From NCBI RefSeq assembly GCF_009914755.1, contig NC_060926.1: a stretch of DNA of 64,000 bases. One strand, given 5' to 3'. Position 1 is the first letter of the stretch; each line of letters begins with the position of its first letter. Under the pieces are notes generated by a model, which had not been told where the DNA came from, searched no databases, and saw nothing but the letters and a program-made list of their open reading frames with translations. Source of the DNA: the human T2T-CHM13v2.0 reference genome, Homo sapiens. Of this stretch, positions 1 to 16,025 are shown piece by piece. The translations under genes were made by a program, and so were the position numbers.

Positions 1-584
1 TCCCTTTGCCAAAATCGGGACTAATTTCTCTAAATAATTTTAATATTTTGAAATGGTTCCAAGATTTTTTGCAGAGAACAACTTATTTTTTATAGTTTTC
101 ATCTCTATTCACAAATTCTGAATATCAAATATTTATTGTTATTATAGACATATTTTTAGGCAACTATCTGACACAAGTTTTCAGAAATCAATTTTAATTA
201 TTCCTAAACAGACTGTAATTCTGCAATTTGAAAAATGTTGCATGCAAATAGAAAAGGCATTATGGGGTAGAATTACCTATGTAGATATATTCTTTCTATT
301 GTAATCACCAAAATTGAGGTTCAGGTGTTGCTCATTTGACAAGAGTGAAATATCAAATTATTTTTCTTATTTTATGAATGAATCTAGGACCTATACACTA
401 AAGGCTAAGTGCCTTTGTGCTTCCCTTCTACTTTTCCACACCTATTAGGTAATGACAGACTCAGGTTTACTATGGATTATATTTCCAGAGATGAATGAAT
501 GACCCTAATGTTCTGAGGCACATTTTTGTAAACATTATTAAAATATGTGGAAAAAATAATCATTGTCTCAATCATATACTTTAA

Positions 585-900
585 GACAAATGCTTGTTGA
601 GTGTCAATTGTATATTCAGCTCTGCACTAAGTCCTGGAGAAACAGAGGTTGACAGAACAGAGATGGTCCCTGAAAGCCCTCTTGTTATTTACAATTTAAT
701 GGACACTTTTGCTCATAATTACCAAACTGTTATTTAAATAGTGAATTTTCTATTAATAAATATTAAAGAGCTGTGAAAACACCACAACATAACCTGGAGT
801 GTGTGTGAGGGAATTCTTCCCTGTGGAATGATACATGCACTGAATCATAAATGACAATTGTGAGTTGACTACACAAAGAATGAGGAAAAGATTGTTCTGT
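585..900 (-). mobile_element. Degenerate LINE-2 (L2) 3' fragment
   Basis: 'aaatgcttgttgagtgtcaattgtatattcagctctgcactaagtcctggagaaacagagg...agatggtccctg' resembles the antisense L2 3' end; boundaries approximate. Confidence 0.45.
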
Positions 901-2232
901 GTTAGAGGGAGCAGACTATGCAATATGCTGAAGTGAGAAGACATGATGTCAAGTTATGACATATTCCATGTTTCAATTCACCTTTTTCAAGAACAACTGC
1001 ATACTATGCACTACTATGCAGGTTCCATCCTTTTATGATGCATTTGATGTGCAGTACAATGTCTTACTCCTACTCTAACTGTATTTTCCCATTTATACCT
1101 TTTTATTTAGTGGCTGTGTGTGGTTACCCTGGTGTGAGGATCTGGGGCATGTGGCAGTGGCCGCTATTATTTACGGTGCTTTCCATAAAAATGTATGACT
1201 GATGTACATTGTCCTTTGCACATTGTATGACTGACTTGCATTAATGGCTAACAGCATCACTGAAATCTCTAAAGAGTGTGAAATATTAGTGCTAAAGGGT
1301 AAAATCATAATAATTTTTTTCAAATTAAGAAAAGTAAAGGCCCACAATCTCAAGCTCAAGTAGTGACTTCACAAAATGAAATTGATTTATTCTTAATTTC
1401 CTATAAATGTAAGAGTTTTTCATGAGTCTGGTAAAGGGTAAAGACATTTTAACACATAAATGCATAGAAAGAAACCAATTATGATACTGTCTTGACACCT
1501 GCAAAAAAATTCTCCAAAGATTAGAAAGGTTAATTTTATGTGTCACATAAATTAAGTTACAGATCTATGCAGGACAAAGGACAGGTTCAGAGGAAAGTAT
1601 GAACCTAAAAGCATGACAATCAACTTGGTTTTAAAAAGAAAGCATTAAATCCTTACAGACATACCAGGATGGTCTCTCATTTCTTCATATTTGGTGGGCA
1701 TTCAATAACCACGGAGGAAGAATGGAAATGTGGGAAGAACATGGCTCTAACAATACAAGGTTGTTGTACTAGCCTGACTAGCCCCTTCCTGGCTTTAAGA
1801 CATGGAGCAGAAGTTGTCATTTCTTTGTTCTGCACACTTAAAATGAAGGCTTAGGTTATTTAAGGTTGAACATTTGGGACCCTGTATAATTTTACTGTGT
1901 TTTAGTTATTGTTTCCTAAGGCAAAAATACTCTGTTTTAATATTTTTATAAATCTAATTTTCATTCTCACATCACACTGTCTTTCCAACCCTGTTCTCCT
2001 AAACTTAAAAATACCAAAGTGAGAATACTGACATTATTGTGGTTGAAATTATGCATATGTATTACTGGAAAGTGTCAAATAATACAATGGAATCCCCCAG
2101 TCCTGGTTTCTGGAGCAATTTATTTTAATCTTTTTTATTATTGTTCTGGTGAGGGTTATTTTCATAATTCTAAATGTTGATCCTATTGCTGAGTAATGTG
2201 CTGTAGCCATCTATTATCTTCTTGTCATAAAG

Positions 2233-2431
2233 CAGGGATCAGAGACACTTATGTTTGTGAATAAGGTTTTCTTGGAAAGCAGCCAGCTCCATTTTGCTGC
2301 TTATTATCTAGAGATGTTTTCTCGCTTAGCAACAGAGTTGAGTGCTGCATAGCTTCTGCAGGAGACCTTCTGGCACACAAAGTCAAAAATATCTACTCTC
2401 TGACCTTGTACAAGATGTTTGTTGACCCCTG
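2233..2431. mobile_element. MER58-like non-autonomous hAT-Charlie DNA transposon
   Basis: Termini CAGGG...CCCCTG; internal 'aataaggttttcttggaaagcagcca' and 'aaaaatatctactctctgaccttgtaca' motifs; 8-bp hAT-type TSD tcataaag (2225-2232) / ccataaag (2432-2439). Confidence 0.8.
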
Positions 2432-2755
2432 CCATAAAGGACAGGATGAGGCTTTGCCACATTTCTAAGCTCTTCTATTTCCCCTTCCTTTATGAACTTC
2501 TTAGAACTAAAATAAGTAATACCATTTGTTCTTCTGTCAACTACGCTTGGAATTCCTTTGTAAAAAAATGTAAACTTCCCTTTTGACAGTTTATCTTAAG
2601 TTTCTAACATAAAATGAGGATCTCTACATCCTCACACTGCCCATCATGTTTCCTCCCTCCTATCTGTCTTCTCTGGAATTCTACGATTTTGTTATCTTGA
2701 ATGGGTCAGTACAATTCACCCAGCTTGCTTCTCATTGAGCCGTTTCCATTCAAAA

Positions 2756-3120
2756 TGTGGCAGCCTCACCAACAACCCTGATCTCTTATTCTTGGATGCA
2801 TAGGATGGCTACATCTTTCTGACACTTTCAGTTAGACAGGACGATGAAATCAATTTCTGGCCAATGGAATATGAACAAAAACAATCACAACTTCTAGCTT
2901 GCCCTTACACTTGATGCTTGCATTTTCCTCATGCAGAAACTAAATACGGAAGTCTTAAAAAATGTAGAGGCCAGTGGAGCTACAAGATAAAAGGTTAGTG
3001 ACTATTCTGTCAACAAGCACTGTACTATGACATGAAAGAGAGATTATCATTTATCATGTAAGCAACCAAGGTCCTTTTCCACCATCCAACTGAAATGAAG
3101 CTTAGTCTATCCTCGTTAAT
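2756..3120 (+). mobile_element. MaLR LTR (MLT1I/J-like), degenerate
   Basis: 'tgtggcagcc...tttctggccaatggaatatgaac...acttctagc' and 3' 'tcatgtaagcaacc...cttagtctatcct' resemble MLT1 LTRs. Confidence 0.55.
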
Positions 3121-3239
3121 AAAAAGAATGCTCTACCTTTGTAATTTAATGAATTCATTTTTTGCTGTTACCTTTACCTTCTTCTTAGAGAATATATGAT
3201 TCTTAGAATATTTTAACCCCACATATAGCCTTCAAAATT

Positions 3240-4035
3240 ATATGCTATTGCTGTCACATATTTTAGCACTAAATATTTTAATACCTGTAAGATATTCTTA
3301 TGATTGCTCATTTAGGTAGTCATCGTTCATTCAGAAATTGAAACAATGTTTATTTGAATTAAAATCTTGAATATTTCCTCTACTAACATTGTTCTTTTGC
3401 CTGATAATTAAATTTTCTGTTAGTGTGGGGTCTGTGTGACAAATTTCTTCAGCTTGTTTTTTTCTGTTTGTGCATATGTGTGTGCCTGAAAATAGCTTTA
3501 CTTCACCTGAATTCTTAAAAATTTTTCTAAATATAGAATTATTGTCTGGCATGTATCCCTTTTTATCACCCTAAAGGTAGGATTCTTACTGCATTTGCTT
3601 CTAATATTGCTCCTGAGAAGACAGCTGTCTGTCTAAATGCCATCCCTTTACGGTTAATCTGCCTTTTTTCCTGGCTATATTTTATTTCAAGATTTTTGTC
3701 TGGTCTTTTATTTTCTGAAGTTTAATATGTGTCTAGGAAGATTTATTTTATTATTTTAAGTTTTATTCGGCTTCTTTAAGAGTAAAATGATGCTTTTTAA
3801 ATCATTTCTGGAAATTATTTTCACTATGGTTCATTAGACATTAACTCTGCCCCACTATCTCTGTTTTCCATTTAGGAGTTAAATCAAATGGAAGATAGGC
3901 CTTCTCTTCATACTGTCTATTTTGTGGTCTATTTTGGGTCTGGTTGGTCTATTTTGTTTACCTGTTTTATTATGTTTTTTGATTTTCGCTTTCGATGTAT
4001 TTTGTCTCCATGATTATTTGCTGGATATAATTTTG
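3240..4035 (-). mobile_element. Ancient L1M (L1ME-like) ORF1-region fragment
   Basis: 'cctgaaaatagctttacttcacc...aatatagaatt...tgctcctgagaagacagctgtc...ttcaagattttt' is typical antisense old-L1 ORF1 sequence; probably continues past the Alu to ~5300. Confidence 0.6.
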
Positions 4036-4039
4036 AGAA

Positions 4040-4337
4040 TTTTTTTTTTTTTTTTTGAGACAGAGTCTCGCTCTGTCATCCATGCTGGAGTGCAATGGCA
4101 TGATCTCGGCTCACTGAAACCTCCATTCCCTGGGTTCAAGCGATTCTCCTGCCTCGGCCTCCTGAGTAGCTGGGATTACAGGCGGCGCTTGCCACTGCAC
4201 CCGGCTAATTTTTGTATTTTTAGTACAGACAGGGTTTCACCATCTTGGCCAGGCTGGTCTTGAGCTCCTGATCTCGTGATCAACTCGCCGTGGCCTCCCA
4301 AAGTGCTAGGATTACAGGCATGAGCCACCGCGCCGGC
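4040..4337 (-). mobile_element. Alu SINE (AluSg-like)
   Basis: Poly-T, then gagacagagtctcgctc...gagccaccgcgccggc; short 'ctcgtgatc' form with 'ggccaggctggtc'. Confidence 0.95.
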
Positions 4338-6460
4338 TGTGATATTCTTTGAAATCACCTTTATTCCTTAAAATAAGATTTTCTTTTCTTTGTCGATCAC
4401 CTGAATATGCTAGCAGTCCAGAGCCTGTGACTGAACTGATCTTGAGTTTAGCAATATCTATTTCTCTAGCTACAGTGTGTGGCCATTAGGAGTCCCAGTC
4501 CAGAGCAGAAATTGCATTCCTGGTCTTCATCTTTACTAGATACTGAATATAAATTCTATTTCTTGTTGGAGTACCACTTCCAAGTATGAAGTTCTTCCTT
4601 TGGTGACTTTTCTCAGACCCAAAGTAAATATAGTAGCTCTTGGGTCCCAACAAAATGTATGTGAAGTCTTCTCCACAAATGGTGGCTCCATCTTTGGTTG
4701 CCCAAACATTCTGACTCCTCTCTCCCTGACTTCTGAGTTTCTCTAATGCAAATCTCTGAGTCTTCTGTGTTGCTCTGAATTCTACTGGCAAACGCTTCTG
4801 AGCAGAAACAGCTCTGTTCCCTTCTTGAGGATGTAAGCCTTTCTCATTGCTTAAACCATTCATTTGTCATGATCTTATAAGGTCCTTGATGTTCAGATAT
4901 TTTCTGTGTTTCATTTTTAGAAAATTTTTGAGCAGGATGGTTAGTTTAAATCAACTATTCCTTAATTACCAGAACCATTATGTCCTTGAAAATATCACTT
5001 TTATTTTTCCCTTTTCTCTCTTTCTAGAACTTTCGTTCATTGGGTGTTACAGCATCTATCTTGTCAGTTTATGAGGCTGACATTCTGGAGAAATTTTTCT
5101 CTCTCTCTCACCCTATTAAATGGGTGGTTGTGTTATTTTAACTTCTATTTCTTCTACTGTAAAAATGGCTTTTATTTTGAAGTAAACTTTTAATTTTTTT
5201 GTGTCATTTGTCAAGTAACCCTGGTATTCTTTATGGTTGTACTTATTTCACAAGTCTCTCTGAGTGGTATGTGATTTTTGAACATTCTATCTTCTTTTAT
5301 AAATTATCTGTTTCTTCTGAGGTCACTTGTACATCTGATTTGTCTTGCTTTTCACATTATACTCCATTCAAATGTCTTGTCAACCTTTGCTGCTTCTTCA
5401 TATTTAAGAATAAAGGGATCAGAAGCATGGCTGGGACCTCTGTGCTTGGCTTTCTATTTGGCAGGCTTTGATGTAGGGTGAGTGGACAGGGAGAGAGTTA
5501 ACGGTTATACTGAAGGCTGATTGGCAGATTTGTGACACTTATCTTTCAAATATTTTATATAATATGTTACTAACTCTTGTTCTGAATCAGCCATGAGATA
5601 AAAGTAAAGCACATTGTTAAACAAAGAACGTAGAATTAATTTCCCCCAATAATAATTAAGAAAGATTGGGAAAAACTTTGAAAGAAATTTTAAAAGCCAC
5701 TCAAAGCTTACGATTGGAAAGATTTATGGTACGGGAAGCATGCTTTATCTTTTGGTGTTTGACAAGTCAAAATGGATGTAGAAACATGGAATCTTAGTGT
5801 TGGGATTGTATTGATTGGTATTCTAACTCAATTTCCTTTTTGCACAGATTTACCTTTACTATGATAGCCCTTTCTCCCAGATCAAAGCAGAGAGGTCATA
5901 ATTTGGAAGAAAAACAAAAAACACTATCTTTTAGGTTAGACTGATATAATTGTTAAAAGTTCTTCCCTGTGAAGTGTATGTGCCAATTTGACTGTGACAT
6001 ATATTGACTGTGACATATATTATGCCTTTATGGAAGGCATTTCATTATATAGTCTGTAAACATCAGCATATATTAATAATTGATGCAATTTTTGATAAGG
6101 GAAAATAGTAGTTTGCATTTATCTGGTTTGTGAATACAGCAGATTGGCAAATACATGGGTAAACAGAGCTTTAGGCATGATGATTAGTGGATCAACAAAA
6201 ATGAAAAAACTACCTTCAAGATACTTAGAAGAATAACAGGAAAGCAATGCAAATGCCATAATCAAACATCCTGTTCAGTCTGAATAAAGTAACTTCTATA
6301 ATGTAATCCATACCTAAGAGGCTTAATAAATATTTGCAAATATTTTTGTTGTATTTTCATTAGTAGTTCAGTCTTACCTCTAAACCAACATACAGTATCC
6401 TTTCGGCAAACCTTAAGTAGCATAATTCTACATCTTAGACTTAGTCAAAAGCTCAACTAA

Positions 6461-6550
6461 CTCCCCTCCCCTCCCCTCCCCTCCCTCCCTCCCTCCCTCT
6501 GTCCCTCCCCGCCCCCCTCCCATTCCTTCCTTCCTTCTACCTCTTTCTCC
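6461..6550. repeat. Polypyrimidine (CCCCT)n/(CCCT)n/(CCTT)n tract
   Basis: Direct reading: ctcccctcccctcccctcccctccctccctccc...ccttccttccttc. Confidence 0.9.
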
Positions 6551-7029
6551 TATAGGTATACACTTTTTATTTTAGTGCATTCAGGATAGTTTCAATAATA
6601 AGGTGAGTAAGTTTTCATAGCCTAAACCTAGTCTTCATTAACATTATTGAATTATGTCAAAAGCCACTTAAAATAGTGCATTTGTCTATCTCTTTTAAAA
6701 TTAAGGGTTGTCTGAAGTTTTATGAAGCATCCTAGAGTCAAATCATCAGGTCAGTAAAGACAATGGGGATCCAAAATACACATCAAATGAAGTGGCTCAC
6801 ATATCTTATCAGCTTTAAAGCATAAATTTTGGCTCATTTATTATTTATGACCAATTTAATATGATAAATTCACATTTATTAAAGAATTAAAGAAATTGCC
6901 TCAAACAGAAAATGTGATAATTATATCTTGAGGATGTGCATTTGAACTTTCTAAACAGTAAAACAATTTAAAACTTTTAAACAGCAAAAATGGTTGTGTA
7001 AAGTGTTCTTTTATTCAGATGATAGGTAA

Positions 7030-7251
<222 letters not shown>

Positions 7252-7558
7252 TTTTTTTCTTTTCTTTTCTTTTTTTTCAATTTGGAGTCTCACTCTGTTG
7301 CTCAGGCTAGAGTGCAGTGGCACAATCTCGGCTGACTGCAACCTCCACCTCCGGGGTTGAAGCGATTCTCCTGCCTCAGCCTCCTGAGTAGCTGGGACTA
7401 TAGGCGTGTGCCACCACGCCTGGCTAATTTTTGTATTTTTAGTCGAGATGGGGTTTCACCATATTGATCAGGCTAGTCTCGAACTCCTGACCTTGTGATA
7501 TGCCCACCTCAGCCTCCCAAAGTGCTGGGATTACAGGCGTGAGCCACCACGCCTGGCC
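7252..7558 (-). mobile_element. Alu (AluSg-like), full length
   Basis: T-rich tail, complete dimer ending gagccaccacgcctggcc; 'tcaggctagtctcgaactcctgaccttgtgat'. Confidence 0.95.
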
Positions 7559-7751
7559 AACTGTGTGAAATTTAAGGGTATTAAAATATGTTATGTTCTC
7601 TTTAGAATTAAAACTACATTTTTGCTTATTAATACCACATATGTTAGGGTGGACTTTCTATCTCTTACTAGTAACTACATAGCATTAACAGAATATATTT
7701 GTTGTAAAATGATATAATGATATAAATCTGGACAATACCTCCACCTCTCTA

Positions 7752-7752
<1 letters not shown>

Positions 7753-7792
<40 letters not shown>
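7753..7792. repeat. (CA)20 microsatellite
   Basis: Direct reading. Confidence 0.97.
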
Positions 7793-7793
<1 letters not shown>

Positions 7794-7849
7794 TGGTATA
7801 TAATTTATCAGTACCTTTAGCTACATATACAAACCCTCAAGAGTAATAC

Positions 7850-8260
7850 ACATTTTTTTCAGTGAAATAAGGATCGTGGAAGTAAGCAATTGAGTGCTGG
7901 TGCAGTGGTTCTAATTTTCTCACAGTCATTCTTAGCCTGCTTCACTTACAGTTTCAAGGTGGCCACTCATACTTTCAGTTATTGAACCTGGACTTCAGGC
8001 AGGAACACAGGGTAAGAGCAAAGGATAAAATGTACATGACAGCTGAGTCTGGCTCTTTACATCAGGAGAAAAGTATCTTCCCAAAAGCACCACCCAATAT
8101 AATTCCATACAAATACCATTGACCAGCATTTGGTCTAATGGACACCCCTGCCTATAAAAGCATCCTAGAAGGTAAGTACTTTAGATAAAGGACATTGGCA
8201 TCCCAACAAAAGTTGAGTTCTATTAGTTACAAGAAAAATGAGGAAAGAAGGAAAAATAAT
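7850..8260 (-). mobile_element. MaLR LTR (MLT1K/L-like), degenerate
   Basis: 'caaggtggccac...ttcaggcaggaa...cattgaccagcatttggtctaatggacacccctgcc...cccaacaaaagttgagttctattagt'. Confidence 0.5.
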
Positions 8261-9140
8261 AGTATGTTAAAATAGATTTTTTTTTGTTTCTGTAGGGTTT
8301 CAGGGATGTTATTTTATATGAGAGATTTTCAACACGGCTATGTTAAAGAAAATGTGGATAAACAGTGTCAAAAATAAATCACAGTAAAATCATATGTGAA
8401 ATGAGGGAAGGACAAACCTTACTCAGATTATGTAGAGTGATCAGAATTATCTAGAAGATCAGCACACTGAAATATAGGCATGATATTTCTGGGTAAAATA
8501 AGGAAGATTATTAGTATAAATTATCAAGACAGTGCCAAGAATGCTAGGCATATTGATACTGGAAAATTATCATGGTACAGACTTTTATAGGGGAGATAAG
8601 TAAGAGATGAGCAAGCTCTGGGATGTCCTAAACACAGACTCAAAATAATGCTTACTGATGGTCTATTATCTGCAAAGCTGTAAGTGTTGCTAATAAAGTT
8701 AGTCTTTTACTAGGTCACAGTTAAATTCAGGATCAGTTTTCAATATTGTGTGAATATACTGATCCCTTTATTTTTTACTTTACTTATATACCATATAAAC
8801 TCCCATCCCAGCCCTTCCCCCTAGTAGATAATTTTCTGTTGAAATTGTGAGAGAATCCATGATAGCCCCATCAAAACCAAAAAATAAACAAAAAAAAATG
8901 AGCCTTTCATATACCAGTATAGGGATCAATAGAGAAAACTTTCCCCTTCTAGAGAATACATGAGCACAATATAAGCTGGAAAAATAGTACTCAGCGTTTA
9001 TTGGTTTAGTTTCAATGGAGAGACTTTAGAAGACAGAGGTAGAGGTAAGTTTTACTACAGTCATTGATCTTTTACCTAGAACTTATCTAGAATTGCCCTC
9101 TGTCTAGCTGAGTACTGAACAGCATAAATAAATTAAAGAG

Positions 9141-10039
9141 GGAGGAGCCAAGATGGCCGAATAGGAACAGCTCCGGTCTACAGCTCCCAGCGTGAGCTAC
9201 GCAGAAGACGGTTATTTCTGCATTTCCATCTGAGGTACCGGGTTCATCTCACTAGGGAGTGCCAGACAGTGGGCGCAGGTCAGTGAGTGCGCGCACCGTG
9301 CGTGAGCCGAAGCAGGGCGAGGCATTGCCTCACTTGGGAAGCGCAAGGGGTCAGGGAGTTCCCTTTCCGAGTCAAAGAAAGGGGTGACAGACAGCACCTG
9401 GAAAATCGGGTCACTCCCACCCGAATACTGCGCTTTTCCGACGGGCTTAAAAAATGGCGCACCACAGGATTATATCCCGCACCTGGCTTGGAGGGTCCTA
9501 CGCCCACGGAGTCTCGCTGATTGCTAGCACAGCAGTCTGAGATCAAACTGCAAGGCGGCAGCGAGGCTAGGGGAGGGGTGCCCGACATTGTCCAGGCTTG
9601 ATTAGGTAAACAAAGCATCTGGGAAGCTCGAACTGGGCGGAGCCCACCACAGCTCAAGGAGGCCTGCCTGCCTGCCTCTGTAGGCTCCACCTCTGGGGGC
9701 AGGGCACAGACAAACAAAAAGACAGCAGTAACCTCTGCAGACTTAAATGTCCCTGTCTGACAGCTTTGAAGAGAGCAGTGGTTCTCCCAGCACGCAGCTG
9801 GAGATCTGAGAACGGGCAGACTGCCTCCTCAAGTGGGTCCCTGACCCCTGAACAGCCTAACTGGGAGGCACCCCCTAATAGGGGCACACTGACACCTCAC
9901 ACGGCAGGGTACTCCAACAGACCTGCAGCTGAGGGTCCTGTCTGTTAGAAGGAAAACTAACAAACAGAAAGGACATCCACACCAAAAACCCATCTGTACA
10001 TCACCATCATCAAAGACCAAAGTAGATAAAACCACAAAG
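9141..10039 (+). promoter_or_regulatory. L1 5'UTR internal sense promoter and antisense promoter, CpG-rich
   Basis: Intact YY1 motif ccaagatggccg (9148-9159); RUNX3-region 'tgcatttccatctgaggta' (~9219-9237); SOX-type aaacaaa at ~9608 and ~9712; many CpGs retained in 9141-9600 against a CpG-depleted background. Confidence 0.85.
9280..9588 (-). CDS. ORF0: L1 antisense ORF0 (102 aa, open)
   Basis: Translation MSGTPPLASLPPCSLISDCCASNQRDSVGVGPSKPG...RVGVTRFSRC matches primate L1 ORF0; ATG at 9588; expression not shown. Confidence 0.7.
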   Translation of the reverse strand: MSGTPPLASLPPCSLISDCCASNQRDSVGVGPSKPGAGYNPVVRHFLSPSEKRSIRVGVTRFSRCCLSPLSLTRKGNSLTPCASQVRQCLALLRLTHGARTH

Positions 10040-11056
10040 ATGGGGAAAAAACAGAAAAGAAAAACTGGAAACTCTAAAAAGCAGAGCAGCTCTCCTCCTC
10101 CAAAGGAACGCAGTTCCTCACCAGCAACAGAACAAAGCTGGATGGAGAATGACTTTGACGAGCTGAGAGAAGAAGGCTTCAGACGATCAAATTACTCCGA
10201 GCTACGGGAGGACATTCAAACCAAAGGCAAAGAAGTTGAAAACTTTGAAAAAAATTTAGAAGAATGTATAACTAGAATAACCAATACAGAGAAGTGCTTA
10301 AAGGAGCTGATGGAGCTGAAAACCAAGGCTCGAGAACTACGTGAAGAATGCAGAAGCCTCAGGAGCCGATGCGACCAACTGGAAGAAAGGGTATCAGCAA
10401 TGGAAGATGAAATGAATGAAATGAAGCGAGAAGGGAAGTTTAGAGAAAAAAGAATAAAAAGAAATGAGCAAAGCCTCCAAGAAATATGGGACTATGTGAA
10501 AAGACCAAATCTACGTCTGATTGGTGTACCTGAAAGTGATGGGGAGAATGGAACCAAGTTGGAAAACACTCTGCAGGATATTATCCAGGAGAACTTCCCC
10601 AATCTAGCAAGGCAGGCCAACGTTCACATTCAGGAAATATAGAGAACGCCACAAAGATACTCCTCGAGAAGAGCAACTCCAAGACACATAATTGTCAGAT
10701 TCACCAAAGTTGAAATGAAGGAAAAAATCTTAAGGGCAGCCAGAGAGAAAGGTTGGGTTACCCTCAAAGGGAAGCCCATCAGACTAACAGCGGATCTCTC
10801 GGCAGAAACCCTACAAGCCAGAAGAGAGTGGGGGCCAATATTCAACATTCTTAAAGAAAAGAATTTTCAACCCAGAATTTCATATCCAGCCAAACTAAGC
10901 TTCATAAGTGAAGGAGAAATTAAATACTTTACAGACAAGCAAATGCTGAGAGATTTTGTCACCACCAGGCCTGCCCTAAAAGAGCTCCTGAAGGAAGCGC
11001 TAAACATGGAAAGGAACAACCGGTACCAGCTGCTGCAAAATCATGCCAAAATGTAA
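10040..11056 (+). pseudogene. ORF1: L1 ORF1p (RNA-binding/chaperone, 338 codons) with premature stop Q201*
   Basis: MGKKQKRKTGNSK...LLQNHAKM; ORFs 10040..10642 and 10715..11056 share a frame; CAG>TAG at 10640-10642. Confidence 0.95.
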
Positions 11057-11092
11057 AGACCATCGAGACTAGGAAGAAACTGCGTCAACTAA

Positions 11093-14948
<3,856 letters not shown>

Positions 14949-15872
14949 ACAATGAGATCACATGGACACAGGAAGGGGAATATCACACTCTGGGGACTGT
15001 TGTGGGGTGGGGGGAGGGGGGAGGGATAGCATTGGCAGATATACCTAATGCTAGATGACGAGTTAGTGGGTGCAGCGCACCAGCACGGCACATGTATACA
15101 TATGTAACTAACCTGCACAATGTGCACATGTACCCTAAAACTTAAAGTATAATAAAAAAAAAAAGAAATTAAAAAAAAAAAAATAAATAAATAAATAAAT
15201 TAAAGAGGAACTCATAGGAAAAGAGAGCTCTTTTATGGCTACTGGTAGGACTTTTAGAAAAACTTTTGGTTTAATCATAGGATTTTGGCTCACATGATGA
15301 GGGCTACAGAAACCTCTTTTGGTTGGGATCTAGAGGAAGATAAGAAGAATGCTTTTGCTATTTGTGTCAAACTCAACTCTCAAGAAAATTCTGAAATAAA
15401 CCTTGCTGACTTTTCCTTTTCCTTTACACTATGCCACCATTGAGCTAAATAGACAGCAGAATAAAAAAATATATCATGAAAACAATTCATATTGCCTCAG
15501 GAAAAAAAGCTACTTTGATACTGAATTAAAGTAACTGATTAAGGACAAAGAGAATTCAATACCCTTTACACCTTGCTATTTACAAACACAGGTTAACTAA
15601 ATATTTCAGCCGAAGTGTGTGTATTTTAAAAAGGTACTGCTAGCATTCTTATTTATTTCCCATTAGGCATTACAGCTTATTATGTTTTCTACAACACACT
15701 CTTTGGAATAAATAATAATATTGAAAATGGTTTTGGTCAATGCATTGTAAAGTTTAAAATTTTTGTTTTAAAATAAGACTTCTGCTTCCAACAAAGATGG
15801 AATAAAGTGATAATATTTAGCTGGCTACCTGAAACAACCGTGAAAAAACACAAAGTTCAAAAGATGAAACAT

Positions 15873-16025
15873 GGCCAAGTGTGCTGGCTGTTGCCAGTAA
15901 TCCTAGCTACTCAGGAAGCTGAAGTTGGAGGATCACTTGAGGCCCGTAGTTTGAGACCAGAAGTTTGAGACCAGCCTGAGTGACAGAGGAAGACCTTGTC
16001 CCTTAAAAAAAAAAAATTAAAACAA
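15873..16025 (+). mobile_element. Free Alu monomer (FLAM/FAM-like)
   Basis: Single arm 'ggccaagtgtgctggc...ggaggatcacttgaggccc...gagaccagcctg' plus poly-A; TSD aaaagatgaaaca (15859-15871) / aaaagctgaaaca (16026-16038); internal 14-bp duplication at 15948-15974. Confidence 0.85.

Noticed and set aside
3922-4263. 113-aa ORF, and similar ORFs at 16703, 17853, 22923, 23474, 38941, 41736, 44613, 47056, 49554, 49613 and 61008
   Set aside because: Translations of Alu sequence ([10 protein letters not shown]..., SWDYRR..., LLTS); well-known spurious ORFs.
4486-4863. 125-aa minus-strand ORF
   Set aside because: No recognisable domain or splice context; lies in or next to decayed L1M sequence.
8165-8180. 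Consensus donor AAG|GTAAGT
   Set aside because: Inside a decayed MLT1 LTR with no convincing paired acceptor.
14992-15025. G-quadruplex-forming G-rich tract
   Set aside because: Standard feature of L1PA 3'UTRs; not specific to this locus.
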